64,000 nt of DNA from the NCBI GenBank assembly GCA_023441055.1, contig JAEZQY010000001.1, positions 81,032-145,031 on the forward strand, written 5' to 3'. The DNA comes from Bacillota bacterium. GTDB lineage: Bacteria > Bacillota > Bacilli > Paenibacillales > UBA4045. Each line of letters begins with the position of its first letter. Positions within the stretch are counted from its first letter, which is position 1. This document shows positions 1 to 9,886 of this stretch, piece after piece. The position numbers and the translations under genes are program-made. Below the pieces are notes generated by a model. It saw nothing but the letters and a program-made list of their open reading frames with translations, searched no databases and was not told the origin of the DNA.

Positions 1-669
1 GCAGCCGCGCTTAACCAAGTGCTGCTCATGGAAGCGATGAAATCGTCATTCCTCCCGAACTTTCTTGCGATTCGTGACAATCTACATAAGATTGGGAAGA
101 TCAGGCGTTATTCGAGCAGCTATTGTCAGTATTCCTCTAGGTATGATCGTTACAAGAACGGTGAGAACATCAACACGTTCAATCCGGTATTCTCGAATGG
201 CGCGCTAATGGACTTAGGTATCTATTGCATCTATCCGTTGGTGATGCTGTTCGGTCAGCCGGAGCGTGTGCAGGCGAGTGCGATCATGCTGGATTCCGGC
301 GTGGACGGCGCAGGGAGCTTGCTGCTGTCCTATAGCGATATGGATGCGGTCATACAATACTCGAAGATTACAGATTCCTATGTGAGCATCGAGATCCAAG
401 GTGAAAATGGGACGATCATCATTGACAAAATAAGTACTCCGGACAAGGTGCAAATCCGGTATCGCGATGGCTCGATAGAGGAGCTTACTGTTCCTCAAGT
501 GGATAATACGATGCTCTATGAGGTGGAGGAATTTATCCAAGTAATAAAGCGGGGCAAGTGCGAATCACAAGTGAACTCGCATGAATTGTCGCTGCAGGTC
601 ATGCAGCTAATGGATGAAGCGCGCAGGCAGATCGGACTGAAGTATCCTGCTGATGAAGCCGTAAATTAA
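1..669 (+). CDS. Gfo/Idh/MocA-family oxidoreductase, C-terminal part (5' end outside window)
   Basis: The frame is open from base 1 to the stop at 669. The translated segment (NPVFSNGALMDLGIYCIYPLVMLFG...) resembles the C-terminal domain of Gfo/Idh/MocA oxidoreductases. Confidence 0.6.
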   Translation, partial: AAALNQVLLMEAMKSSFLPNFLAIRDNLHKIGKIRRYSSSYCQYSSRYDRYKNGENINTFNPVFSNGALMDLGIYCIYPLVMLFGQPERVQASAIMLDSGVDGAGSLLLSYSDMDAVIQYSKITDSYVSIEIQGENGTIIIDKISTPDKVQIRYRDGSIEELTVPQVDNTMLYEVEEFIQVIKRGKCESQVNSHELSLQVMQLMDEARRQIGLKYPADEAVN

Positions 670-793
670 TTATTTTGTTGTTAATTAATCACCCTGTAGC
701 GTATAACTATATAGTATGCGGATGCCACGGAAGCCCCTAATGACTACGAGCATTCATTACGATCATGTCAGTCACATTCCATAAGGAGTAGTC

Positions 794-1951
794 ATGCAGA
801 AGCACAACTTCACGTTAGCCATCTTATTATCGAATTTACTGATAATCTTCATGGGCATCGGGCTTGTTATTCCAGTCACGCCGACGATTATGAATGAGCT
901 GGATGTGTCTGGCTCCGTGGTCGGCAATATGGTCGCGGCATTCGCGCTAGCGCAGCTTGTTGTGTCGCCGTTCGCCGGGCGCGGAGTGGACAGGTTCGGT
1001 CGGAAGATCATGATTGTGATCGGACTCGTCATCTTCGGCTTGTCGGAATTGCTGTTCGGGTTAGGACAATCGGTGAGCGTTCTATTCCTGTCCCGTATGC
1101 TCGGAGGCGTTAGTGCTGCGTTCATCATGCCTGCTATCACCGCATTTATCGCGGATATTACGACAATTGAGACACGGCCGAAGGCGCTGGGGTATATGTC
1201 AGCGGCCATCTCCACGGGATTCATTATCGGTCCAGGCATTGGCGGATTCTTGGCAGCCTTCGGGACTCGTGTACCGTTCTTCTTCGCCGCTGTACTGGCG
1301 CTAGTCGCGATGATCCTGTCGATCATTACACTGCGGGAACCTACGCGTCACTATGAGGGGCAGAACTTGAAGCAGAAGGCAGGCATCAAGCGGATCTTCG
1401 CGCCGATGTACTTCATCGCGTTTCTAATCATTCTAATCTCTTCGTTCGGACTAGCTGCATTCGAATCGTTGTTCTCGCTGTTCACGGATCATAAATTCGG
1501 CTTCACGCCCAAGGATATCGCCATTATGATTACCGGTGGTGCGATCATAGGCGCAATTATCCAGATTCTATTCTTCGATCGATTAACCAGATGGATGGGT
1601 GAGATTAAGCTGATTCGAATCAGTCTAATCTTCTCTACTGCGCTTGTTCTTATGATCACGGTTGTCAATTCGTACCTATCGATCATGTTAGTGACGTTCA
1701 CGATCTTCATCGGATTCGACCTGATGCGTCCAGCCGTTACGAATTATCTAGCCAGGCTTGCAGGCAATGAACAAGGCTTCGTAGGCGGAATGAACTCGAT
1801 GTTCACGAGTATTGGCAACATCTTCGGTCCGATTATCGGCGGGATTCTATTCGATGTGGATTTGAACTATCCCTTCTACTTCGCGACGATCGTGCTGGTT
1901 ATTGGAATCGCGCTAACACTGCTGTGGAGAAATCCTATCGTGACCAAATAA
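794..1951 (+). CDS. MFS transporter (DHA1 drug-efflux type)
   Basis: 385 aa with about 12 hydrophobic helices and the MFS loop motif GRGVDRFGRK. AAGGAG lies 6 nt before the ATG. Confidence 0.8.
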   Translation: MQKHNFTLAILLSNLLIIFMGIGLVIPVTPTIMNELDVSGSVVGNMVAAFALAQLVVSPFAGRGVDRFGRKIMIVIGLVIFGLSELLFGLGQSVSVLFLSRMLGGVSAAFIMPAITAFIADITTIETRPKALGYMSAAISTGFIIGPGIGGFLAAFGTRVPFFFAAVLALVAMILSIITLREPTRHYEGQNLKQKAGIKRIFAPMYFIAFLIILISSFGLAAFESLFSLFTDHKFGFTPKDIAIMITGGAIIGAIIQILFFDRLTRWMGEIKLIRISLIFSTALVLMITVVNSYLSIMLVTFTIFIGFDLMRPAVTNYLARLAGNEQGFVGGMNSMFTSIGNIFGPIIGGILFDVDLNYPFYFATIVLVIGIALTLLWRNPIVTK

Positions 1952-1955
1952 AATT

Positions 1956-1988
1956 GCAGCACCTGCTCCTTGGAGCAGGTGCTGCTTT
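1956..1988 (+). terminator. Rho-independent terminator after the MFS gene
   Basis: GCAGCACCTGCTCC / GGAGCAGGTGCTGC inverted repeat followed by TTT. Confidence 0.7.
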
Positions 1989-2014
1989 CATGAGTGACGC
2001 TGGCGATGTCGCTA

Positions 2015-2776
2015 TTAAGCGAATCCCGCCTGCTTCAAATTGTTGTAGCTGATCTGCAAGCTGTCAAATGCATCAGTTGGTCCGCCATCGCGCTCAACTA
2101 GATACCACTTCACGCCGGCTTCTTCACATGCCTTGAATATATCCGGCCACGCTAGATTACCTTCCATTACCTCGGTCATGATCTGCTCGTTGTCAATAAT
2201 CGTCATATCCTTCAGGTGAATCGCATCAATCCGGCCCTTGAGCTTGCGGATCCAGGTTGCCGGATCGGCGCCGCCCGCCTGTACCCAATAGGTGTCTAGC
2301 GTGAACAGGAACGTCTCAGGATTCGTGCGCTCAGCAATAATATCTAGACCAAGCTTGCCGTTATACTTCTGGAATTCGAAGTGGTGATTGTGATAACTGA
2401 ATGTCAGTCCATTCTTGCCCAGCTCATTCGCAATATCATTGAATTTATCAGCGAACACAGCATAGCCTTCCGAATTGCGATATTCCGGAGGAAGACCGCC
2501 AAGACCTGCGATCCCGCAGCCCAGCGTATGATGCTCCTTGATCAAGCCGTCCAGATCATTAATAAACCGATCGTAAGGCATATGTGTGATGACGATCTTC
2601 AAGCCCAGCTCGCGGGCGATTTCAGCCAACTCCTCCGGGGCAATCGGTCCAAGCCCGGAAGCCTGAATCGTCGTATAGCCGAAGTCTCTAATTCTGCGCA
2701 AGGATTGCTTGATCGCTTCAGGTGTCCTCGCAAAATCTCTAATCGTATAGAGCTGTGCGCCTGCAATTTTCGTCAT
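2015..2776 (-). CDS. Sugar phosphate isomerase/epimerase (xylose-isomerase-like TIM barrel)
   Basis: The translation (AQLYTIRDF..., ...IDAIHLKD...) is typical of the AP-endonuclease-2/xylose-isomerase-like family. I placed the start at the internal MTKIAGAQ methionine. Confidence 0.7.
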   Translation of the reverse strand: MTKIAGAQLYTIRDFARTPEAIKQSLRRIRDFGYTTIQASGLGPIAPEELAEIARELGLKIVITHMPYDRFINDLDGLIKEHHTLGCGIAGLGGLPPEYRNSEGYAVFADKFNDIANELGKNGLTFSYHNHHFEFQKYNGKLGLDIIAERTNPETFLFTLDTYWVQAGGADPATWIRKLKGRIDAIHLKDMTIIDNEQIMTEVMEGNLAWPDIFKACEEAGVKWYLVERDGGPTDAFDSLQISYNNLKQAGFA

Positions 2777-2910
2777 GTTCGTTATTCCTCCCATATTAGC
2801 TAGATAACTTCCATCCTCTCAATGTATCACTATTATGTGCAATCCACATCGCCAATATTGTTTGAAACTATGCAAATCTTGCTGTATTATGAGAGCCGGA
2901 GGTGAAGGCA

Positions 2911-3789
2911 ATGGACCTGCTGGCGTATCATCAATCCTTGCATTATCGCGCTTCGGATCAAACCTTCTTCTATGATCATTCGAGAGATGACAAGCCGGAT
3001 CCGCGGAGCTTCAAACCACACTACGAGAAGGGGTACGAAGTATTCCTATTCATTAGCGGGTCCGGCAGCTATATGATTGAAGGCACGAAGTATGAGCTCG
3101 AGCCGTATTCCATTCTCCTAATGAATTCGAATGAATTGCATGCCATTGACATATCCGAGCATGAGCCTTATGAGCGCATTGTGCTCAGTATTAGGGAGAG
3201 CTTCTCTCTGCCATTTATGTTAAGCGGGGTCGACTTCTTCCGTACGATCAAGTACCGTGATCTTGGACATGACAATCAAATCCCTCCTCGAATCGTCTTG
3301 GAGAATGGTCTGATCGACCTGTTCGGCAAGCTGAGCCACCTGCTCACTACTGCCAACCCAGAGAATGAGATTGTAGCCAAATGTGTCATCGTACAGATGC
3401 TGTCGACCATTAACCGCATTGCCGAAACGAATAAAACCCGAATGAAAAGAAGGAGTAATAACAAAACCGGAGCCGTGCTCGCGCATATTAACGCCAACTT
3501 GGAGGAACCGCTCAGTCTGGACGTGCTCTCCGAGAAGTTCTATATGACCAAATACCACCTATGCCGCACATTCAAAGAGACGACCGGCTTCTCCATCAAT
3601 CAATACATCACCTATAAGAGAATTCACTTAGCGGACACTCTAATGAGTAAAGGAAGCTCCCCGACTCAAGCTTGCTTCATGTCCGGCTTTAACAGCTATT
3701 CGAATTTCTTCCGTTCGTATCGCAAGCTGACCGGTAAGTCGCCACGGAGCGGGCATCGGACTCGTCATTCCGGTGATGACAACGATTAA
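2911..3789 (+). CDS. AraC-family transcriptional regulator (cupin sensor + HTH)
   Basis: The C-terminus carries a double HTH (LSEKFYMTKYHLCRTFKETTGFSINQYITYKRI...). GGAGGTG lies upstream of the ATG at 2911. The gene is divergent from the isomerase gene. Confidence 0.8.
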   Translation: MDLLAYHQSLHYRASDQTFFYDHSRDDKPDPRSFKPHYEKGYEVFLFISGSGSYMIEGTKYELEPYSILLMNSNELHAIDISEHEPYERIVLSIRESFSLPFMLSGVDFFRTIKYRDLGHDNQIPPRIVLENGLIDLFGKLSHLLTTANPENEIVAKCVIVQMLSTINRIAETNKTRMKRRSNNKTGAVLAHINANLEEPLSLDVLSEKFYMTKYHLCRTFKETTGFSINQYITYKRIHLADTLMSKGSSPTQACFMSGFNSYSNFFRSYRKLTGKSPRSGHRTRHSGDDND

Positions 3790-3850
3790 GAATGAGCACA
3801 ATCTGGGTAAGCTATAGTGAATAATCACACTAGCTCCCAGGAGGTTGACG

Positions 3851-4984
3851 ATGAAAGCTGTAACTTACCAAGGCGCCAATCGAGTGGAACTGAAGGAAGT
3901 AGACGATCCGGTTATGGTGAACAAGGATGATGTGATCATCCGAATAACGAGCACGGCGATCTGCGGCTCGGATCTGCACCTGTATAAGGGAGCATTCCCC
4001 TTGCCTGAAGGATATGTCATCGGTCATGAGCCGATGGGGATCGTAGAGGAGGCTGGGCCTGAGGTGACACGGGTGAAGAAGGGGGATCGCGTCATTATCC
4101 CCTTCACTGTTGCATGCGGACATTGCTATTATTGCTCACACGAGATGGAGAGCCAATGCGATAACAGCAACCCGCATTATGACTCCGGCGGTTACTTCGG
4201 CTATTCGGAGAAATTCGGCAACTACATGGGAGCCCAAGCCGAGTACCTGCGAGTCCCATTCGGTAACTTCACACCATTCGTCATTCCAGAATCATGCGAG
4301 CTGGAGGACGAGTCTCTGCTGTTCCTGTCCGATGTGCTGCCGACCGCCTACTGGAGTGTCGAGCATGCCGGCGTGCAGTCCGGAGATACTGTCATTGTGC
4401 TCGGCTGCGGGCCGATCGGCTTGATGGCGCAGAAATTCGCCTGGCTGAGAGGAGCCAAGCGGGTCATCGCGGTCGATTACTTGCCATATCGTATGGCACA
4501 TGCGAAGCGGATGAATCAGGTGGAGACATTCGACTTCACAGAGCATGATGATATGGGGGAATACCTGAAGGAGATCACCCATGGCGGTGCCGATTGCGTC
4601 ATCGATTGTGTCGGCATGGATGGGAAGAAGTCACCTCTGGAATTGATCGGGCAGAAATTAAAACTGCAAGGGGGGACGCTCGGTCCGATTCAGATTGCAA
4701 CCAAGGCAGTGCGTAAATTCGGGACCGTGCAGCTGACGGGTGTCTACGGAGGAAATTACAATGTATTCCCGCTGGGCGCCTTCTTCGCTCGCAATGTTAC
4801 GCTGAAGATGGGCCAAGCACCGGTTATTCACTACATGCCTGAGCTCTACGATCAGATTGTGCGGGGCGCAATCAACCCCAGAGATATTATCACACATCGA
4901 CTGCCGCTTGAGGATGCCGAACATGCCTATCGGATCTTCAATGATCACGAAGACGATTGCATCAAGGTCATTCTGAAGCCGTAA
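3851..4984 (+). CDS. Zinc-dependent alcohol/formaldehyde dehydrogenase (MDR superfamily)
   Basis: Contains GHEPMG, the structural-zinc Cys cluster (CGHCYYCSHEMESQC) and a GCGPIG Rossmann motif. AGGAGG lies 7 nt before the ATG at 3851. Confidence 0.8.
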   Translation: MKAVTYQGANRVELKEVDDPVMVNKDDVIIRITSTAICGSDLHLYKGAFPLPEGYVIGHEPMGIVEEAGPEVTRVKKGDRVIIPFTVACGHCYYCSHEMESQCDNSNPHYDSGGYFGYSEKFGNYMGAQAEYLRVPFGNFTPFVIPESCELEDESLLFLSDVLPTAYWSVEHAGVQSGDTVIVLGCGPIGLMAQKFAWLRGAKRVIAVDYLPYRMAHAKRMNQVETFDFTEHDDMGEYLKEITHGGADCVIDCVGMDGKKSPLELIGQKLKLQGGTLGPIQIATKAVRKFGTVQLTGVYGGNYNVFPLGAFFARNVTLKMGQAPVIHYMPELYDQIVRGAINPRDIITHRLPLEDAEHAYRIFNDHEDDCIKVILKP

Positions 4985-5074
4985 CGAGCCAAGCAATGAT
5001 TTAATGCGAAAATAGAACCGTCAGATGCGGGCGATCATTGAGGATCAGATTGTGAATGATCAACTGTGCAGGGG

Positions 5075-5114
5075 CTACCGGGAACAGATTTTTTTTCAGA
5101 TCTGTGCCCGGTAG
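5075..5114. terminator. Bidirectional terminator between convergent genes
   Basis: A 15-bp stem (CTACCGGGAACAGAT / ATCTGTGCCCGGTAG, one mismatch) around a T-rich loop. Confidence 0.75.
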
Positions 5115-5148
5115 TCCTATTAATTGTGCTTGAATATAGGATTCCGTC

Positions 5149-6111
5149 CTATTCTTGTACCGTGTTCAGATGCTCGACCAGACGATTCCAGCTTTCAGTA
5201 AGCCCCTGCAGCATGCCCATCTCGATTACGGATTTAAGATCGTCAGCGGTTGCGTATACCGTTGTGCAGATGATCTGGGTTCTGCTGTTACCTAGATCAA
5301 TGAAGCTTGTGGTGATTGTCATGGATGGCAGGCTATCGTTCACTTGACCACTATCATCGGAGAACGAGTCAATCTGAACGATCTTCTCCGGCGGGTCAAT
5401 CTCCTGGAAGATGGAGATTCCCCAGGATTCCATATCGCCATCCGGCGAGCGCATGCAGTAATGCCACCTGCCGCCGGTTCGGAGATCCATATCGCATACC
5501 GGCATCGTCCAGCCCTGCGGCCCCCACCATTGCGCCAGATGCTCAGCCTCTGTGAACGCCGCATACACCAACTCACGTGGTGCGTTCAGCACACGTTCAA
5601 TAGTGAACTCCGACTCCCTGACCTGATGGAATTGCACCATAGGCAGCTGGTTCTCCAACCGCGCTAGGGTGGACACAGCGCCTTCGAGTGCACCGTATTC
5701 GCGAACCGATTTCTCCAGTTCTTCTAGCGATTTGAACGTCGTCTGCATCGTTAATTGTGTCGTATTCCCCTGACCGATGAAGGTGACTGTTGTGTTGAAC
5801 CAAGCTGGATCGGCGGAATCCCCATGTGCATACACGAGTCTCTCGTTCTCCACAATCTCCTGATAGGTAATCACATTGTCATAGTCGGTCCCCTCAGGGC
5901 CATGCATGATGTAGATCCATGAGCCACCAGGCCTAAGATCGAACGTCTTGATCGTTGTTCGGAAACCTGCAGGCCCCCACCAGCTCACCAGATGCTTGGG
6001 GTCAGTCCACGCCTTGTACACATACTCGACTGGCGCTTGGTACACTCGGTTAATGATCATCGTACGGTCTTGAATGGACGTTGTGGTGCTGGATGATTGG
6101 ATTACTGCCAT
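5149..6111 (-). CDS. SRPBCC-superfamily protein with two tandem AHSA1-like domains
   Basis: Two internal repeats share ...VY.A.TD/E..HL..WWGP.G...(DLR.GG.W...M..P.G). AGGAGG RBS is present. The gene lies downstream of an ArsR gene, which is a classic pairing. Confidence 0.7.
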   Translation of the reverse strand: MAVIQSSSTTTSIQDRTMIINRVYQAPVEYVYKAWTDPKHLVSWWGPAGFRTTIKTFDLRPGGSWIYIMHGPEGTDYDNVITYQEIVENERLVYAHGDSADPAWFNTTVTFIGQGNTTQLTMQTTFKSLEELEKSVREYGALEGAVSTLARLENQLPMVQFHQVRESEFTIERVLNAPRELVYAAFTEAEHLAQWWGPQGWTMPVCDMDLRTGGRWHYCMRSPDGDMESWGISIFQEIDPPEKIVQIDSFSDDSGQVNDSLPSMTITTSFIDLGNSRTQIICTTVYATADDLKSVIEMGMLQGLTESWNRLVEHLNTVQE

Positions 6112-6137
6112 AAATTCTCGCCTCCTAATAGATTCAA

Positions 6138-6464
6138 TTATTGTTGGACATCCTTGCTCTGCAGCTTCTCCAGATACTCTTCAAGTCGATCGAGACGAGC
6201 TTCCCAGATGCGGCGATAGGCACTAAGCCATTCATCAAGTTCCTGGAACGGCTCGGCCTGCAGCTGATAGATCCGCTTATTCGCTGCGGGCCGTACGCTC
6301 ACTAATCCTGCTTCGTTGAGTACACGCAGATGCTTGGAGGCTTGGGGCTGATTCAGTTCCAATCGATCTGCGATCTCGCCTACTGAGAGCGGGCCGTCGA
6401 GCAGAAGCTCTACAATCTCTAATCGGTTAGGTTCAGCTAGGGCGCTGAATGTTGTCGCATTCAT
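6138..6464 (-). CDS. ArsR/SmtB-family transcriptional regulator
   Basis: 108 aa with a winged-HTH pattern (LAEPNRLEIVELLLDGPLSVGEIADRLELNQPQASKHLRVLNEAGLV). Confidence 0.8.
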   Translation of the reverse strand: MNATTFSALAEPNRLEIVELLLDGPLSVGEIADRLELNQPQASKHLRVLNEAGLVSVRPAANKRIYQLQAEPFQELDEWLSAYRRIWEARLDRLEEYLEKLQSKDVQQ

Positions 6465-6605
6465 GATCCGTCAACTCCTCTGAAACCGAGTATACCACAC
6501 TTGGAATATTCCTGTAAAGGAATATACAGAGCAAAAAAAAGAGATTAACTGTTACATTTCTCATATAAACTTGCATGGTAGTATGGTAATATACTAATAA
6601 AGTGA

Positions 6606-7346
6606 ATGGAGGCGATCGGTATCCGCGATAAGACGAATCCAGATCAGGATAAGGCTGTACTAGAAACAATACGCGCTAAGTATGCTCATCACTCGAGCAG
6701 CGAAGCGGTGTATCTTACGCTGAAGGAAGCGATCGTGCAGCTGCTGCTTAAACCTGGCGAGCAGATCTCCGAGAATGAGATCTCGACCAGATTGAATATC
6801 AGCCGAACCCCAGTGCGCGAGGCGTTCATTCGGTTATCGCTCGAGCAGCTGTTAGAGATCTACCCGCAGCGAGGAACGTTCGTAGCGAGGATCGATCTGG
6901 AGCAAGTAGAGGAGGCTAGATTCGTCCGTGAGCATCTGGAATCAGCAGTGGTTAGGCTGGCTGCTGAGACGTTCAATGCGGAGCATCTATTCGAGCTGGA
7001 GACGAATCTAATGCTGTTCGAGCGGATGCTCGCAGAGAAGAACCACAGCAAGCTGTTCGAGCTCGATGAGCAATTTCACGAGACGATCGCTAAGGGCTGC
7101 GGCAAGGGGCGTATCTGGACGATCATCAAGCAGATGAAGGCGCATCTCGATCGCGTCCGGATCTTATCTCTGGTTGCAGAGTATCATGGGAACGAGATTC
7201 TAGAGCAGCATCATGCCATCGTGTCGGCCATACGCTCCCGTCAGCCTGAACAAGCCGAGGAAGTGATGACGAAGCATCTCCATCTGGTTCTATACGATCT
7301 AGATGCGCTGCAACGGGATTATCCCGACTATCTGAAGAGGGAGTGA
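6606..7346 (+). CDS. GntR/FadR-type transcriptional regulator
   Basis: N-terminal GntR HTH (ISENEISTRLNISRTPVREAFIRL) plus a helical FCD-like C-domain. It sits immediately upstream of uxuA. Confidence 0.8.
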   Translation: MEAIGIRDKTNPDQDKAVLETIRAKYAHHSSSEAVYLTLKEAIVQLLLKPGEQISENEISTRLNISRTPVREAFIRLSLEQLLEIYPQRGTFVARIDLEQVEEARFVREHLESAVVRLAAETFNAEHLFELETNLMLFERMLAEKNHSKLFELDEQFHETIAKGCGKGRIWTIIKQMKAHLDRVRILSLVAEYHGNEILEQHHAIVSAIRSRQPEQAEEVMTKHLHLVLYDLDALQRDYPDYLKRE

Positions 7347-7351
7347 GCACG

Positions 7352-8425
7352 ATGAGAATGGGTTTTCGTTGGTTCGGTGAAGGCAATGACCATGTTACAC
7401 TCAAGCAGATTAAGCAGATTCCGGGTGTCGAGGGTATTGTCTGGTCTCTACATCATGTTCCGGCTGGAGAGGAATGGTCCATGTCAGACATTCTAGCGGT
7501 CAAGGAGCAAGCGGCAGCACATCATCTCAACATTGATGTGGTGGAGAGCGTGAATATTCATGAAGATATTAAGCTGGGTCTGTCAACACGTGACGCGTAC
7601 ATCGCGAATTATTGCCGTACGATCGAGAAGCTGGGCCAGGCTGGTGTCAAGGTAATCTGCTACAACTTCATGCCGGTGTTCGATTGGATTCGCACGGATT
7701 TGGCGAAGGAGCTGGAGGATGGATCGACCGCGCTCTTCTATGAGCAGGCGAAGCTGGCGCATACCGATCCGATGGAGCTGGTAACGAAGCTGACGGCAGA
7801 TCCGAGCATCACGATCCCAGGCTGGGAACCTGAGCGTCTGCAGCATCTCTCTCTCCTATTCGAAGCCTACCGGAATGTGACGGAAGAGGATTTATGGGGG
7901 AATTTGCTGTATTTTCTGGAGCGGGTAGTGCCTGTTGCTGAGGAGAGCGGAATCAAGCTGGCGATTCATCCGGATGATCCGCCGTGGCCGGTGTTCGGAC
8001 TGCCGAGGATTATGACGTGTCAGGACAATCTGCGGCGAGTGCTGAGTCTGGTCGACAGTCCATCCAATGGGCTTACGCTGTGCAGCGGAGCGCTTGGCGC
8101 GAATCCAGCTAATGATGTGCCCGCGATGATCCGCGAGTTCGCTGATCGCATTCCGTTCGCGCATATTCGTAACGTAAGAATTTATGAGAATGGCGATTTC
8201 ATTGAAACCTCACATCGGGCTCAGGACGGGTCGATCGATATGGTTGACGTTGTGAAGGCTTACCACGAGAATGGCTTCACCGGCTATGTCAGACCAGATC
8301 ATGGTCGTCACATCTGGGACGAAGTTTGCAGACCGGGATATGGGCTGTACGATCGAGCGCTGGGCATTATGTATCTATGGGGCATCTGGGATACCTTAAC
8401 GAGAGAGGCAGGGGGACGATCATGA
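7352..8425 (+). CDS. uxuA: Mannonate dehydratase
   Basis: The N-terminus [30 protein letters not shown] and overall length are typical of UxuA. GAGGGAG RBS precedes the ATG at 7352. Confidence 0.9.
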   Translation: MRMGFRWFGEGNDHVTLKQIKQIPGVEGIVWSLHHVPAGEEWSMSDILAVKEQAAAHHLNIDVVESVNIHEDIKLGLSTRDAYIANYCRTIEKLGQAGVKVICYNFMPVFDWIRTDLAKELEDGSTALFYEQAKLAHTDPMELVTKLTADPSITIPGWEPERLQHLSLLFEAYRNVTEEDLWGNLLYFLERVVPVAEESGIKLAIHPDDPPWPVFGLPRIMTCQDNLRRVLSLVDSPSNGLTLCSGALGANPANDVPAMIREFADRIPFAHIRNVRIYENGDFIETSHRAQDGSIDMVDVVKAYHENGFTGYVRPDHGRHIWDEVCRPGYGLYDRALGIMYLWGIWDTLTREAGGRS

Positions 8426-9273
8426 TGATACCATTGAATCCGAATTTACGAGGCAAGGTGGCGGTAATCACAGGCGGAAGCGGTGTGCTGTGCAGCGCGA
8501 TGGCGATTGAGCTCGGCAGACAAGGTGTGAAGGTCGCGGTGCTGAACCGGCGCGCAGATAATGGGGAGAAGGTAGCGGAGGCGATTCGCGAGCATGGCGG
8601 TGAGGCGATATCAGTAGCTTGCGATGTGCTGGACGCGGAGAGCGTGAAGCGGGCAGAGGCCATTGTGAGCGATCTGCTCGGTGAATGCGACATTCTAATC
8701 AACGGTGCCGGCGGCAATCATCCGGATGGGACGACTACGAATGAGACGCTGAAGCTGGCGGACCTGCAGCAGGAGGGACTGAAGACCTTCTTCGATCTGA
8801 CCGCTGACGGCTTCGGATTCGTGTTCAATCTGAACATTCTAGGCACCTTGATTCCCACGCAGATCTTCACGCGCAAGATGCTGGGCAAGCCTGGCGCGAC
8901 GGTGATCAATCTGTCCTCGATGAGCGCTCCGAGTCCGATGACCAAGGTTCCCGCCTACAGTGCGGCTAAGGCAGGGATCGATAATCTGACCCAGTGGCTC
9001 GCTGTTCATCTGGCAGATGTCGGCATTCGCGTGAACGCGATTGCCCCAGGCTTCTTCCTCACGGATCAAAATAGAGCCCTGCTCACCCACTCCGACGGCT
9101 CGCTCAAGGAGCGTGCGCATAAGATCATTACGCACACGCCGATGCGCAGATTCGGCAAGCCGAGCGATCTGCTCGGTACCGTACTCTGGCTGTGCGATGA
9201 TCAGCAGTCCGGCTTCGTCACAGGCATTGTCGTGCCGATCGACGGCGGGTTCATGGCATACGCTGGCGTGTAG
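8422..9273 (+). CDS. SDR-family oxidoreductase (short-chain D-mannonate oxidoreductase type)
   Basis: Contains TGGSGVLC (glycine-rich motif) and YSAAK (catalytic Y-x3-K). The start overlaps the uxuA stop (ATGA at 8422-8425). The longer track ORF from 8326 is an upstream read-through inside uxuA. Confidence 0.8.
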   Translation: MMIPLNPNLRGKVAVITGGSGVLCSAMAIELGRQGVKVAVLNRRADNGEKVAEAIREHGGEAISVACDVLDAESVKRAEAIVSDLLGECDILINGAGGNHPDGTTTNETLKLADLQQEGLKTFFDLTADGFGFVFNLNILGTLIPTQIFTRKMLGKPGATVINLSSMSAPSPMTKVPAYSAAKAGIDNLTQWLAVHLADVGIRVNAIAPGFFLTDQNRALLTHSDGSLKERAHKIITHTPMRRFGKPSDLLGTVLWLCDDQQSGFVTGIVVPIDGGFMAYAGV

Positions 9274-9337
9274 ACGAAGCGTTGTCCGTGGTTTACACTG
9301 ATAGAGGAACAACAACAGAGAGCGATTAGGAGAAGAT

Positions 9338-9865
9338 ATGCGGATTGACTATCAGGAAGCATTGACAGATGAACAGCGCTTGGCGGATATATGGGGAATG
9401 CTCTGTACGTACGATCATGAGTTCGTGCCGCGATTATCTGCGCGGGCGAATACGTTCCAGTCGGAGCTTAGCCGCGATGACCTTGTGAAGCAGGAGCCTG
9501 TCCGCTATTATGAGAATCTGAAGCAGCAATCGTTCCTGCTCGCATTCGATGAGCGAGAGCAGCAGGTGATTGGCTTCATGTCGTTCAGACCGGAATATAT
9601 ATGCGAGGATCTTCAGGATGATGTTGTCACCTTATATATCACCACGATTATCGTAGAGAAATCACATCGCGGTAGGGGGATAACGACTAGCTTCTATCGG
9701 GAAATCGCGCTATTGGCCGATCAACGCCAATTGCCAATAACAACGCGAACATGGTCGACGAATCATTCGCATATTCACCTGCTGAACAAGCTGGGATTTC
9801 AGGAAGTGTTAAGGCTGAGGGACGGCCGGGGCTCGGGGATCGATACGGTTTATTTTCGCAAATAG
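9338..9865 (+). CDS. GNAT-family N-acetyltransferase
   Basis: Acetyl-CoA pocket pattern (IIVEKSHRGRGITTSF). AGGAGA RBS. Confidence 0.65.
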   Translation: MRIDYQEALTDEQRLADIWGMLCTYDHEFVPRLSARANTFQSELSRDDLVKQEPVRYYENLKQQSFLLAFDEREQQVIGFMSFRPEYICEDLQDDVVTLYITTIIVEKSHRGRGITTSFYREIALLADQRQLPITTRTWSTNHSHIHLLNKLGFQEVLRLRDGRGSGIDTVYFRK

Positions 9866-9886
9866 GGGTAAGGAGATACAGTCAGC

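Noticed and set aside
8326-8421. A 32-codon N-terminal extension of the SDR gene given in the ORF track.
   Set aside because: The extension lies inside the 3' end of uxuA in another frame. The SDR glycine-rich motif begins right after the [12 protein letters not shown] start, which overlaps the uxuA stop (ATGA).
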